Origin: an uncultured Bacteroides sp.
GTDB taxonomy: Bacteria; Bacteroidota; Bacteroidia; Bacteroidales; Bacteroidaceae
DNA length: 64,000 bases
Direction of reading: 5' to 3'
NCBI GenBank assembly: GCA_965140335.1
Contig: OZ223189.1
Span: 1,380,000-1,443,999 of the forward strand
Shown here: piece by piece, positions 27,695-37,072 of the stretch
How positions within the stretch are numbered: position 1 is the stretch's first letter
Layout: the number at the start of each line of letters is the position of its first letter
The notes under the pieces: model-generated
Seen by the model: only the letters and a program-made list of their open reading frames with translations
Told to the model about the DNA's origin: nothing
Databases searched by the model: none
Translations under genes and position numbers: made by a program

Positions 27695-27723
27695 CGTCTT
27701 TATTTGAAATCTTATTTAAATTG

Positions 27724-27731
27724 CAAAAATA
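27724..27731 (-). promoter_or_regulatory. -7 motif (TATTTTTG) for the GH3-family/cysS/thioesterase operon
   Basis: Exact match, 30 nt upstream of the ATG at 27694. Confidence 0.5.
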
Positions 27732-27822
27732 ATCTTATTTATTGGCATCTCTATCTTTTTTCTCTTTTTTTTCTACCTTTACGGGCGTATTAAAAGGGAA
27801 TACTTATATAAAAAATGACGTT

Positions 27823-28833
27823 ATGAGAATAGGTATTTTAACTTCGGGTGGTGATTGTCCGGGCATTAATGCTACAATCCGTGGGGTATGTAAGACGGCT
27901 ATTAATTATTATGGAATGGAGGTGATTGGCATTCATAGCGGGTTCTTGGGACTGCTGACAAAGGATGTTGAATATTTTACAGATAAATCATTGTCTGGAT
28001 TGCTTAATTTGGGCGGGACAATGTTAGGAACTTCGCGGGAAAAGCCTTTTAAAAAGCGGGATGTTTCTGCCGATATTAATAAGCCGGCTCTCATCGAGCA
28101 GAATATAAAAGAGTTGGGACTTGATTGCGTGGTTTGTATTGGGGGAAATGGGACTCAAAAGACTGCTGCAAAGTTGGCCGCTATGGGCTTGAATATTGTT
28201 TCTGTGCCTAAGACAATTGACAATGATATTTGGGGTACTGACTTCTCTTTTGGTTTTGATTCGGCTGTGAGTATTGCTACGGATGCCATTGATCGGCTTC
28301 ATTCTACGGCTAGTTCTCATAAGCGTGTGATGGTGATTGAGGTCATGGGGCATAAGGCGGGCTGGATTGCGCTTTATTCTGGTATGGCAGGAGGAGGAGA
28401 TGTCATTTTGATTCCTGAGATCCCCTATGATATACATTGCATTGGAGAAACGATTCTAAAGCGGTTGGAGCGTGGAAAAGCATATTCTATTGTTGTTGTG
28501 GCTGAGGGGATAGAGACCGATGGAGAGAAACATGCTGCCGAATACATTGCTCGGGAAATAGAGAATGAAACGAGTATTGAGACAAGGCAAACAGTTTTGG
28601 GTTATATCCAGAGAGGAGGATCACCTACTCCTTTCGATCGCAATTTGTCAACCCGTATGGGGGGACATGCTACGGAACTTATAGCAACCGGACAATTTGG
28701 ACGAATGGTTAGATTAGAGGGTAGCGAAATTTCTTCTGTGCCTTTGAATGAAGTCGCTGGAAAGCTGAAGTTAGTGACTGAAGAAAATGATTTGGTTGTT
28801 CAGGGAAGACGGATGGGAATCTGCTTTGGATAA
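27823..28833 (+). CDS. pfkA: ATP-dependent 6-phosphofructokinase
   Basis: 'MRIGILTSGGDCPGINA', 'IGGNGT', 'PKTIDND' and 'MGHKAG'. The ORF-track TTG start at 27742 adds a non-homologous leader. Confidence 0.93.
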   Translation: MRIGILTSGGDCPGINATIRGVCKTAINYYGMEVIGIHSGFLGLLTKDVEYFTDKSLSGLLNLGGTMLGTSREKPFKKRDVSADINKPALIEQNIKELGLDCVVCIGGNGTQKTAAKLAAMGLNIVSVPKTIDNDIWGTDFSFGFDSAVSIATDAIDRLHSTASSHKRVMVIEVMGHKAGWIALYSGMAGGGDVILIPEIPYDIHCIGETILKRLERGKAYSIVVVAEGIETDGEKHAAEYIAREIENETSIETRQTVLGYIQRGGSPTPFDRNLSTRMGGHATELIATGQFGRMVRLEGSEISSVPLNEVAGKLKLVTEENDLVVQGRRMGICFG

Positions 28834-28846
28834 TAGAGTTCTCTGT

Positions 28847-29719
28847 TTATGGTTCGGTGGGTAGAGGGGAAGAGGTACTTTCTTGAGTTCCTTCAATCTC
28901 TTCTTTCTCACTATCATCTTCTTTTATTGGGATTTCTGCCAATGTTATATTTTGTATTTTGGCTTCTTCTATAAGTCTTTTGAATTCTCCGTCGTTTTTT
29001 ATTTTTTTCAGTGATGCCTGTGCTGCATTTTGTTGTGACTCTTTTTTTGAATATCCCGTTCCCATTTCAGCTGAGATACCTTCTATGCGTATCTCTGTCC
29101 GAAACATTGGATTTGAATCCTCATCAAGAAATTGTTCAATAAGTTCAAAAGAGACTTCCACTTTGTTTTTTTGGCTCCATTCAATTAGCTTTGATTTAAA
29201 GTTGACTTCTTTACGCGACATTCTTTCGAGATCTATATAATTTTTGAAGATCCTTTCTTCCATAAACTGCTTGCAGCATTCGTAGCCTTGATCTAGATAG
29301 ATGGCACCAATAAATGCTTCGAAGGCGTTGCCATACATGTAGCTGTTGTGCGAAGAAGAGCGGGTGGAATATTTTACGAGTTTATCCAATCCGATTTTCA
29401 CAGCCAACTTATTTAAGGTCTCCCGTTGTACGATTTTGGAGCGGGTATTGGTAAGGAAGCCTTCCCGTCTGCCTTCAAAATGCCTGTATACAATGTCTCC
29501 TACTATGGCGTCAAGAATGGCATCTCCTAAAAATTCCAATCGTTCGTTATTCAGGGGACATCCTTTTTCCGAACGGAGAGAAGTTGATTTGTGTAGTAGA
29601 GCTTGCTGGTATAGTCTGATGTCGTGAGGATAGAATCCGAGTATTTTATAAAAACAAAAATAAGACTCTCTATCCTTATGGAATAGGAGTCTTATTTTAT
29701 TTATTTGATTGCGTAACAC
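28847..29719 (-). CDS. rnc: Ribonuclease III
   Basis: 'NERLEFLGDAILD' signature plus a C-terminal dsRBD. A GTG at 29719 gives 'MLRNQINKIRLLF' and lies 7 nt after the fabF stop. The ORF-track start (29779, TTG) would overlap fabF by 53 nt. Confidence 0.9.
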   Translation of the reverse strand: MLRNQINKIRLLFHKDRESYFCFYKILGFYPHDIRLYQQALLHKSTSLRSEKGCPLNNERLEFLGDAILDAIVGDIVYRHFEGRREGFLTNTRSKIVQRETLNKLAVKIGLDKLVKYSTRSSSHNSYMYGNAFEAFIGAIYLDQGYECCKQFMEERIFKNYIDLERMSRKEVNFKSKLIEWSQKNKVEVSFELIEQFLDEDSNPMFRTEIRIEGISAEMGTGYSKKESQQNAAQASLKKIKNDGEFKRLIEEAKIQNITLAEIPIKEDDSEKEEIEGTQESTSSPLPTEP

Positions 29720-29726
29720 GAGCGGA

Positions 29727-30989
29727 CTATTCTGCGTATTTCTTAAAAATGACACATGCATTATGACCACCGAATCCAAATGTATTGGAAAGAGCGACGT
29801 TCACTTCTCGTTTCTGAGCTTTGTTGAACGTAAAATTCAGGTCATAATCTATGTTCTCGTCATTATCACCCTCTTCGTGGTTGATCGTAGGAGGTATTAT
29901 ACCATTCTTAATGGCTAATATGCTTGCAATAGCTTCTACTGCACCCGCAGCACCCAATAAGTGGCCTGTCATTGACTTTGTAGAACTGATGTTAAGTTTG
30001 TAAGCATGTTGTCCGAACACCTCTTTAATAGCTTTTACTTCAGAGATATCTCCTACCGGAGTAGAAGTTCCGTGAACATTAATGTAATCAACCTTTTCAG
30101 GCTCGATTTCGGCATCTTCCAAAGCATTCATCATCACTAACTTCGCTCCGAGTCCTTCAGGATGGGAAGCGGTAAGGTGATAGGCATCTGCAGACATGCC
30201 TGCCCCGATCAATTCAGCATATATTTCTGCACCGCGTGCTTTGGCGTGTTCCAGTTCTTCGAGTACGAGGCAGCCGCCTCCTTCTCCCATCACAAAACCG
30301 TCACGGCTTGCGCTAAATGGCCTTGATGCTGTTGCTGGCGAATCATTGCGGGTGGAAATGGCATGCATAGCATTAAATCCTCCCACACCACCTTCTGATA
30401 TCGCTGCTTCCGAACCTCCTGCTATAATAGCGTTAGCTTTACCTAAGCGAATTAAGTTGTAAGCGTCGGCTATTGCATTTGTAGACGTTGCACAAGCGGA
30501 ACATGTCGCATAGTTGGGACCATGGAACCCATACATTATAGAAATCTGCCCGGCTGCAATATCCGAAATCATTTTAGGGATGAAAAACGGATTAAACTTG
30601 GGACCTTGATCTTTATGGGTGAAGTAGTATCCTACTTCTTCTTCAAATGTATGTATTCCACCAATACCGGCGCCAAAGATAACGCCTATTCTATTTAAAT
30701 CTACCTTTTCGATGTCCAGACCGGAATCTTCTACCGCATTTTTAGCTACAGCAACGGCATATTGTGTGTACAAATCCATTTTGCGGGCATCTTTGCGGTC
30801 GATATATTGCGTTGCATCAAAGCCTTTAACTTCACATGCAAATTGGGTCTTGAAAAGGGATGCGTCGAAATAGGTAATAGGCCCTGCCCCACTAGTCCCA
30901 TTCACTAGACTTTCCCAAAATTCCGGGACGGTATTGCCAATGGGAGTAATGGCGCCGAGACCTGTTACTACAACTCTTTTTAATTCCAT
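29727..30989 (-). CDS. fabF: Beta-ketoacyl-ACP synthase II
   Basis: Active-site 'CSACATS', 'HGTSTPVGD' and 'GHLLGAAG'. Confidence 0.96.
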   Translation of the reverse strand: MELKRVVVTGLGAITPIGNTVPEFWESLVNGTSGAGPITYFDASLFKTQFACEVKGFDATQYIDRKDARKMDLYTQYAVAVAKNAVEDSGLDIEKVDLNRIGVIFGAGIGGIHTFEEEVGYYFTHKDQGPKFNPFFIPKMISDIAAGQISIMYGFHGPNYATCSACATSTNAIADAYNLIRLGKANAIIAGGSEAAISEGGVGGFNAMHAISTRNDSPATASRPFSASRDGFVMGEGGGCLVLEELEHAKARGAEIYAELIGAGMSADAYHLTASHPEGLGAKLVMMNALEDAEIEPEKVDYINVHGTSTPVGDISEVKAIKEVFGQHAYKLNISSTKSMTGHLLGAAGAVEAIASILAIKNGIIPPTINHEEGDNDENIDYDLNFTFNKAQKREVNVALSNTFGFGGHNACVIFKKYAE

Positions 30990-31010
30990 ATTAATAATAA
31001 ATGGATAAAA

Positions 31011-31247
31011 TTACTTAGCGTGTTCTTCGATATAAGATACGGCATCACCTACAGTGCCAATCTTTTCAGCTTGGTCATCAGGAATAGAAATACCGAATTC
31101 TTTCTCGAATTCCATGATAAGTTCTACAGTGTCAAGAGAATCTGCTCCTAAATCATTGGTGAAGCTAGCTTCATTAGTAACTTCTGATTCTTCAACGCCT
31201 AACTTGTCGACGATAATCGCTTTCACTCTTGATGCAATTTCAGACAT
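31011..31247 (-). CDS. acpP: Acyl carrier protein
   Basis: 78 aa with the phosphopantetheine site '[13 protein letters not shown]'. Confidence 0.96.
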   Translation of the reverse strand: MSEIASRVKAIIVDKLGVEESEVTNEASFTNDLGADSLDTVELIMEFEKEFGISIPDDQAEKIGTVGDAVSYIEEHAK

Positions 31248-31396
31248 AACTTTAAGTTTTTAATTAATAATTAGTTTTATTTCTTTAATTTTGCGGTGCA
31301 AAGGAATAAATATTTATCGTTCCTAGCAAATATTTGATGAATTAAATGTAATGTTTTGCACATTTTTCACGCTTTTGTGCATTACTTGTAGGCTTT

Positions 31397-31972
31397 ATGA
31401 AGAAAAGTATTGCTATTCTTGCTTCTGGTAACGGAACGAATGCGGAGAATATAATCCGCTATTTTCAGAGAACAGATTTGGTACGTGTCGACTTGGTTTT
31501 GTCTAATCGCAAGGATGCGTTTGTTCTGGAGCGTGCACGAGCTCTTGGAGTCCCTTATTGTTGCTTTAGCCGAAGTGAGTGGGAAGAGGGGCTGGCTATT
31601 CTTTCGATGTTACACGATTATGGAATTGATTTTATTGTGCTCGCTGGTTTTCTCGCCCGTGTACCAGATGTGATGTTGCATACTTATTCTAATAAAATAA
31701 TAAATATACATCCTTCTCTTTTGCCTAAGTTCGGTGGAAAAGGAATGTATGGAGATCGCGTACATGAAGCAGTAGTGGCGGCTGGTGAACAGAAGACGGG
31801 CATTACTATACATTATATTAATGAACGTTATGATGAAGGGGCGGTTATTTTTCAGATGGCTTGTCCGGTTCTGCAGATAGATACTCCGAAAGATGTTGCA
31901 GCGAAAGTTCACGCGTTGGAGTACGAATATTATCCTAAGGTTATAGAGAAACTCTTGTCGGAACTTTTATAG
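31397..31972 (+). CDS. purN: Phosphoribosylglycinamide formyltransferase
   Basis: 'ILASGNGTNAENI' and 'NIHPSLLPKFGG'. Confidence 0.92.
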   Translation: MKKSIAILASGNGTNAENIIRYFQRTDLVRVDLVLSNRKDAFVLERARALGVPYCCFSRSEWEEGLAILSMLHDYGIDFIVLAGFLARVPDVMLHTYSNKIINIHPSLLPKFGGKGMYGDRVHEAVVAAGEQKTGITIHYINERYDEGAVIFQMACPVLQIDTPKDVAAKVHALEYEYYPKVIEKLLSELL

Positions 31973-31991
31973 TGTGCCTGACCTGCAGTTC

Positions 31992-32048
31992 GTTGCTCGT
32001 AGAGGAACTACCCTTTCCTCTACGAGCAACGGTATGTTCCTCTACGAG
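31992..32048. repeat. 16-bp perfect inverted repeat plus a third half-copy
   Basis: GTTGCTCGTAGAGGAA (31992-32007) pairs with TTCCTCTACGAGCAAC (32015-32030). GTTCCTCTACGAG repeats at 32036-32048. Lies between the convergent genes purN and pdxB. Confidence 0.85.
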
Positions 32049-32090
32049 ATAAAAATGAAGGCTTTTAGATGAGTGGTTTTATCGTTTATT

Positions 32091-33146
32091 TCAATCCTTC
32101 TCTTTCTTAAGGTGTACATGATAGGCTGTTTTTTCTCTGCGTAGCGGATAGTCTCCCCGTAATTTCTCAAAAGCTTCGGGATTTGCCTTCAGGGCGTCAC
32201 TGTCTTTTCTCGGATCGTACATTTGTAAGTAGGCTTCCTCCATAGAGTCCACTGTAATATCGGGGTTTTGGGGCTCCGGTGGATTTATTTGATAGTTGGG
32301 AGTGATTCCGAAGTAATGGCAGAGCGCATTAAGTGACATTCTTGTGGCATTGGCTTTTCCATCTGCCGAATACCCGGCAATATGAGGAGTACCAACCAAT
32401 GTTTTGCTTAATAAGGAAAGGCTAATTTTGGGTTCATTTTCCCAGACGTCAATAATGGCATCGGAAACTGTTCCCGTTTCTAATGCTTTTAGCAGTGTAG
32501 AGGTGTCTATGACTTCCCCTCGTGAAGTATTGATGATGACCGGCCGGCGTTTTAAAGATTGGAAGAAAGCCCTATTGGCTAAATGAAATGTTTTATATTT
32601 CCCTTCTTTATATAAAGGTGTGTGGAAAGTGAGAATATCACACTCTTCCGCTAAAGTTTGTAAGGAACTGAATGCGGCTTCACCTTCGTGATCTTCGCGG
32701 GGCAGATCATTAAGCAAAACCCGCATGCCCATTTCACGGGCAACCTGAGCGACTTTACTTCCTACGTTACCTACACCGATAACACCGATGGTCATATTCG
32801 ACAAGTCTTTATTTCTTAATTGTTTTAGCAAAAGGAACGATGATTGCAAATACTGTGCTACTGAAGCAGAGTTGCATCCAGGTGCATTTGTCCATGCTAT
32901 TCCTGCTTTTTTGCAGAAGTCCGTATCAATGTGATCAAAGCCTATGGTGGCGGTAGCTATGAAACGGATCCGGCTGCCAGCCAATAGCTCTTGATTGCAT
33001 CTAGTTCGCGTACGTATAATTAAAGCATCCGCGTCTTTTACCAATTGAGGCGTAAACTCTTTTCCGGGAGCATAAATCACTTCATCGGCTATTTGCTCAA
33101 TCGTCCCTTTTATAAAAGGAATTCTATTATCAACAATAACTTTCAT
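32091..33146 (-). CDS. pdxB: 4-phosphoerythronate dehydrogenase
   Basis: D-2-hydroxyacid dehydrogenase fold with 'GVIGVGNVGS' and 'TPHIAGYS', plus a PdxB-type C-terminal dimerisation extension. Confidence 0.85.
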   Translation of the reverse strand: MKVIVDNRIPFIKGTIEQIADEVIYAPGKEFTPQLVKDADALIIRTRTRCNQELLAGSRIRFIATATIGFDHIDTDFCKKAGIAWTNAPGCNSASVAQYLQSSFLLLKQLRNKDLSNMTIGVIGVGNVGSKVAQVAREMGMRVLLNDLPREDHEGEAAFSSLQTLAEECDILTFHTPLYKEGKYKTFHLANRAFFQSLKRRPVIINTSRGEVIDTSTLLKALETGTVSDAIIDVWENEPKISLSLLSKTLVGTPHIAGYSADGKANATRMSLNALCHYFGITPNYQINPPEPQNPDITVDSMEEAYLQMYDPRKDSDALKANPEAFEKLRGDYPLRREKTAYHVHLKKEKD

Positions 33147-33169
33147 CTATTCTGTAATATATTGAGATG

Positions 33170-33177
33170 CAAAGTTA
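33170..33177 (-). promoter_or_regulatory. -7 motif (TAACTTTG) for pdxB
   Basis: Exact match, 24 nt upstream of the ATG at 33146. Confidence 0.5.
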
Positions 33178-33324
33178 ATAGATCTGCGATAAAAGGAGTC
33201 ACTGGCATGGACAAAACATGTACGTTCTTTTTTTTATTTAATAAAAATGTATTTCCTTTGCATGATAAATGCAATATCTGGTGTCCAAAAGGATAAAGCA
33301 TAAAATAAAACAATTTCAAAAGAT

Positions 33325-34371
33325 ATGGAAAAGATAAACTATTTAGATCGGAATGAGTTTAATTATGCTCCTTCTCAGGAAGTCATAGATGCCCTTAAGA
33401 ATTTTGATGTTACTAAGCTGTGCTTTTATACTCGGATTTATGATGAGGGGAAGAAAAGCATCTTTTCCGTCTTTTTGTCTGAATTGTATGGGATAGACGA
33501 GAATCAGGTTCTGTTGGGATATGGAGGTGAAGATATACTTAAACAATTTGTTCATTATTTTCTAACGGAAGCTGATGGGAATAAGACAATGCTTATTCCT
33601 AAGTTTTCTTGGTGGTATTATAAAAGTATTGCTGAAGAGGTGGACGGAAAGAGTATTCAATATCCATTGTATGAAGAAGGTGATACTTATAAATATGATT
33701 TTAAGGCATTGAAGGAAATGCTGGTTGCTGAGAATCCAAAACTCTTATTATTGGCATCTCCCAATAATCCGACAGGCAACTGCCTGACGCCAGGTGAAAT
33801 AGATGAGTTGCTTTCTTTTGTTCCTGAAACTACTTATGTGGTGGTGGATGAGGCTTATGCTTCTTTTGTGACGGAAGATAGCTCTTATATTAAAAAGTTG
33901 GTTGACAAGTACCCCAATTTGCTGATTGTACGTACTCTCTCTAAGTTTTATGGACTACCGGGACTCCGTATGGGATTTGCTTTCATGGGCAAAAATCTTG
34001 AAAAGTTCAGCAAGTACAGCAATAAATATCTTGGGTATAATCGCATTTCAGAAGATATTGCAATCGCTGCATTAAAGTCGGATAAACATTATCGTACTAT
34101 TGCGCGATTGATGAATGAAGATCGCAAGATGTATGAAGAGGAAATTGGCGCATTGTCTGGATTTAAAGTCTATAAGTCCGCTGCTAATTTTATTCTTATC
34201 AAATATCCTATCGAGTTGAAAGCTGCTTTACAGAGCGCTTTTGCAAAAGAGGATTATAAAGTGAAGTTCATGAATGAGCCGGATATCAATACCCATCTTC
34301 GTATTACATTGGGACGTCCGGAGCAAAACCGTGTAGTTGCCGATACCATATTGAAAGTTGTTCGCGGATGA
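33325..34371 (+). CDS. Class I/II PLP-dependent enzyme of the HisC/CobD subfamily (aminotransferase or phospho-amino-acid decarboxylase)
   Basis: 'SPNNPTGN', 'VVVDEAY', and the PLP-lysine block 'TLSKFYGLPGLRMGF'. First gene of a 3-gene operon. Confidence 0.8.
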   Translation: MEKINYLDRNEFNYAPSQEVIDALKNFDVTKLCFYTRIYDEGKKSIFSVFLSELYGIDENQVLLGYGGEDILKQFVHYFLTEADGNKTMLIPKFSWWYYKSIAEEVDGKSIQYPLYEEGDTYKYDFKALKEMLVAENPKLLLLASPNNPTGNCLTPGEIDELLSFVPETTYVVVDEAYASFVTEDSSYIKKLVDKYPNLLIVRTLSKFYGLPGLRMGFAFMGKNLEKFSKYSNKYLGYNRISEDIAIAALKSDKHYRTIARLMNEDRKMYEEEIGALSGFKVYKSAANFILIKYPIELKAALQSAFAKEDYKVKFMNEPDINTHLRITLGRPEQNRVVADTILKVVRG

Positions 34372-35099
34372 AAGCTGTTATATTAGCTGCCGGGATAGCA
34401 TCACGTTTACGTCCATTGACAGATACGACTCCCAAATGTTTATTGCAAATCGGAGAACGTTGCTTATTACAGCGTACCTTTGATGCTCTTATTGCAAATG
34501 GAATCAATGATTTTGTGGTTGTTACAGGCTATCGTGAACGGCAAATCATTGAATTTCTGGACAGCCAATATATAGGGATCAATATCCGATTTATCTCTAA
34601 TGAACGTTATTCTAGTACCAATAATATCTATTCTCTGTGGTTGGCCAAGTCTGAAGTTTGGGGGCAAGATATTCTTCTATTGGATAGTGACATTCTCTTT
34701 GATCCCCAAATTATTACAGCTGTGTTGAATAACTCCGCACCGGATGCTTTGGCGCTAAACCGGCATGAGCTAGGTGAAGAAGAGATAAAAGTGGTTGTAG
34801 ATGGCAATAAACGTGTAGTCGAAATTAGTAAAGTATGCAGTATCGCTGATGCCATAGGCGAGTCGGTAGGTATTGAGAAGATGTCGGCTACCTATACGGA
34901 AGCTCTCTATACGGAATTAGATCAGATGATTGAAGTCGAGAAGCAAGATAATATTTTTTATGAGCGTGCTTTTGAGCGTTTGATTCCGAAAGGTTTCTCT
35001 TTTAAAATTGAGGATACTACTCGGTATTTTTCTATTGAGCTGGACACTGTGGATGATTTTAATCAGGCCAAACGTTTGATACCGGTTGAGCTATATTAA
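34368..35099 (+). CDS. LicC-like nucleotidyl(cytidylyl)transferase
   Basis: 'MKAVILAAGIASRLRPLTDTTPKCLL' NTP loop and the LicC-type motif 'YSSTNNIYSLWL'. ATGA overlap with the upstream gene. Confidence 0.8.
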   Translation: MKAVILAAGIASRLRPLTDTTPKCLLQIGERCLLQRTFDALIANGINDFVVVTGYRERQIIEFLDSQYIGINIRFISNERYSSTNNIYSLWLAKSEVWGQDILLLDSDILFDPQIITAVLNNSAPDALALNRHELGEEEIKVVVDGNKRVVEISKVCSIADAIGESVGIEKMSATYTEALYTELDQMIEVEKQDNIFYERAFERLIPKGFSFKIEDTTRYFSIELDTVDDFNQAKRLIPVELY

Positions 35100-35110
35100 A
35101 TTGACGAATT

Positions 35111-36160
35111 ATGCGAATTGTTCTGTTTTGTGAGAATAAATATGCTATTGATATTCTGAATCCTATTCAAGTGGAAGCTGATAAAGAGGGCGGGAACAGG
35201 GTCTTATGGTATGTTCATCGGAAGAATATACCCGAGTTTCCTCTAAAGCAACAAGTCTCGTGGGCCAATAGTATACAAGAAATCTATAATTTTTCTCCAG
35301 AGGCTATTTTTGTTCCGGGTAATATCGTTCCCTATTATTTGCCAGGCGTTAAAATACAGGTCTTTCACGGATATGCTGCCGAGAAGAAAGACCATTGGGT
35401 AATTCGTCGTTATTTCGATACTTATTTTACGCAAGGTCCATTTTTCACCAAAGGTTTTTCTCGATTGGCTGAGAAGTACAAGGATTTTGAGGTCCTTGAA
35501 ACCGGTTGGCCCCGCCAGGACTGGATAAAGGAACATCTGCATGCTTTTGATGAAGAGAAACATCTTCTGTTACAGCAAAGCGGGCGAAAAAAGCTAGTTC
35601 TTTATGCTCCCACATTTTCTCCTTCTCTCACCTCCCTTCCATATCTAAAAGATGCCTTAGTAAAACTAGTGACGGAGGAAGATGTGCTTTTGATTATGAA
35701 ATTTCATCCCCTTACGAGGCAGGAGTGGGTAGATGAATATAAGGTGTTGGCGGAGGAAAACAATGCTATTATTTGGATTGATGATTTCAGCGTGACCAAA
35801 TATCAGATCATGGCGGATGTGATGATTAGCGATACCTCCTCTACAATCTATGAGTTTTTGTTACTGAATAAGCCAGTCATTACCTTTCGTGCCGTAGCAA
35901 AAGATCTTTATTGGAAAAATATAACTGAAGCAGCTTTTTTGTGCCAGGCTTATCAGGAGGTGCTGACCGATAAGAAAAGTATTCAACTCCGCCAATGGAT
36001 AATAGCTAATTATGATCCTTATCTGGATGGACAGGTTGCTCACCGTATGTTGGAAGGTGCGCGTGATTATATTCGCAGGCATGGTGTTCCGCCCAAACGG
36101 GCTTTAAATATCTGGCGAAAATATACCAGTATTAAGAGGTTTGGAAATATTAAAGAGTAA
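35111..36160 (+). CDS. TagB/TagF-family CDP-alcohol (glycerophospho)transferase
   Basis: Family motifs 'VFHGY', 'LYAPTF', 'MKFHPLT' and 'ISDTSSTIYEFLLLNKPVI'. Confidence 0.8.
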   Translation: MRIVLFCENKYAIDILNPIQVEADKEGGNRVLWYVHRKNIPEFPLKQQVSWANSIQEIYNFSPEAIFVPGNIVPYYLPGVKIQVFHGYAAEKKDHWVIRRYFDTYFTQGPFFTKGFSRLAEKYKDFEVLETGWPRQDWIKEHLHAFDEEKHLLLQQSGRKKLVLYAPTFSPSLTSLPYLKDALVKLVTEEDVLLIMKFHPLTRQEWVDEYKVLAEENNAIIWIDDFSVTKYQIMADVMISDTSSTIYEFLLLNKPVITFRAVAKDLYWKNITEAAFLCQAYQEVLTDKKSIQLRQWIIANYDPYLDGQVAHRMLEGARDYIRRHGVPPKRALNIWRKYTSIKRFGNIKE

Positions 36161-36210
36161 CCGTAGTCACTGGTTACGATTACTCTTCTGTTTTGATTAA
36201 ATAAGTGGAT

Positions 36211-37047
36211 TTATCTAGAGAAATTTCTGTAGCTGTGCTCCGTGTCATATATCATTTTTCCATGTAGAGTGGGGGCTTGTACCGGAGTCATGTAGTCACC
36301 ATAATCTGTTCGCAATATCCTGTCATATCCGCAAGGAACAGGTATTTTAATATATTCAAAATCCATATATTCCGTTTGTTGATAATCTGATTTGAGACGA
36401 ATCCGTTCTTTTAGGTTTAGAGACATGCATGATATGTACTCAGTGTCTTGCAGAGGGGTGGTGCGTAGTGTATTTTCGTATTTTTTAAATACCTGAATGT
36501 CCCATCTACATCGTGTATACAGAAAATTCGGAAAATGATCAGTCGCTTTTAGGGTTAGTTTCAAGAGCGCTTTCAATCTTCGTAGCTTCTTAACTTTTTT
36601 ATAAGCTGTTCTTGCTTCTTTGGGATAAGTATCCAAAATAAAGATATCAATAAAGATACCTTGGTTGTATTTACGTCGGACACCGTCACTGGGAATGGCT
36701 GTTGTATTACTGTTGCGTAATTGGGCGTGTCGGTGATTATAATGCTTGTCCGAGTAGATGGTTTGAAAGAAGTAAGGTTCATGAAATTCTTGATTTGCAA
36801 TTTGTAGCAGCTTGTCGTAATCTTCTCTCATCATAACCACATCTATATCATCATCCCAAGGGATGAATCCTTTGTCGCGAACTGTACCAATCAGTGTTCC
36901 TGCATCTGCCCAACACCTGAGGTTGTGTTTGTTACAGACTTTCAAAAAATTTTCTAGCAGGTCTAATTCACAAGCCCATACTTTTTTCATTTGTTCGCTG
37001 ATGCAATAGCCACAGCGAACTTCTTTTTCAAAAAATGAAGCGTCCAT
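36211..37047 (-). CDS. LicD-family phosphotransferase (CDP-alcohol-dependent phospho-headgroup transferase)
   Basis: 'CWADAGTLIGTVRDKGFIPWDDDIDVVM' is the LicD nucleotidyltransferase-fold motif (DxD). Confidence 0.85.
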   Translation of the reverse strand: MDASFFEKEVRCGYCISEQMKKVWACELDLLENFLKVCNKHNLRCWADAGTLIGTVRDKGFIPWDDDIDVVMMREDYDKLLQIANQEFHEPYFFQTIYSDKHYNHRHAQLRNSNTTAIPSDGVRRKYNQGIFIDIFILDTYPKEARTAYKKVKKLRRLKALLKLTLKATDHFPNFLYTRCRWDIQVFKKYENTLRTTPLQDTEYISCMSLNLKERIRLKSDYQQTEYMDFEYIKIPVPCGYDRILRTDYGDYMTPVQAPTLHGKMIYDTEHSYRNFSR

Positions 37048-37072
37048 TTTAAAATCATGTATTATTATCTAT

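Noticed and set aside
33045-33296. 83-aa plus-strand ORF in the pdxB/aminotransferase divergent promoter region
   Set aside because: It overlaps the pdxB 5' end in antisense and then the AT-rich promoter DNA. It has no motifs and a non-ATG start.
36157-36177. GTAACC-N9-GGTTAC hairpin after the TagF-like gene as a terminator
   Set aside because: The stem is only 6 bp, overlaps the stop codon, and is followed by a poor U-tract. That is too weak to call.
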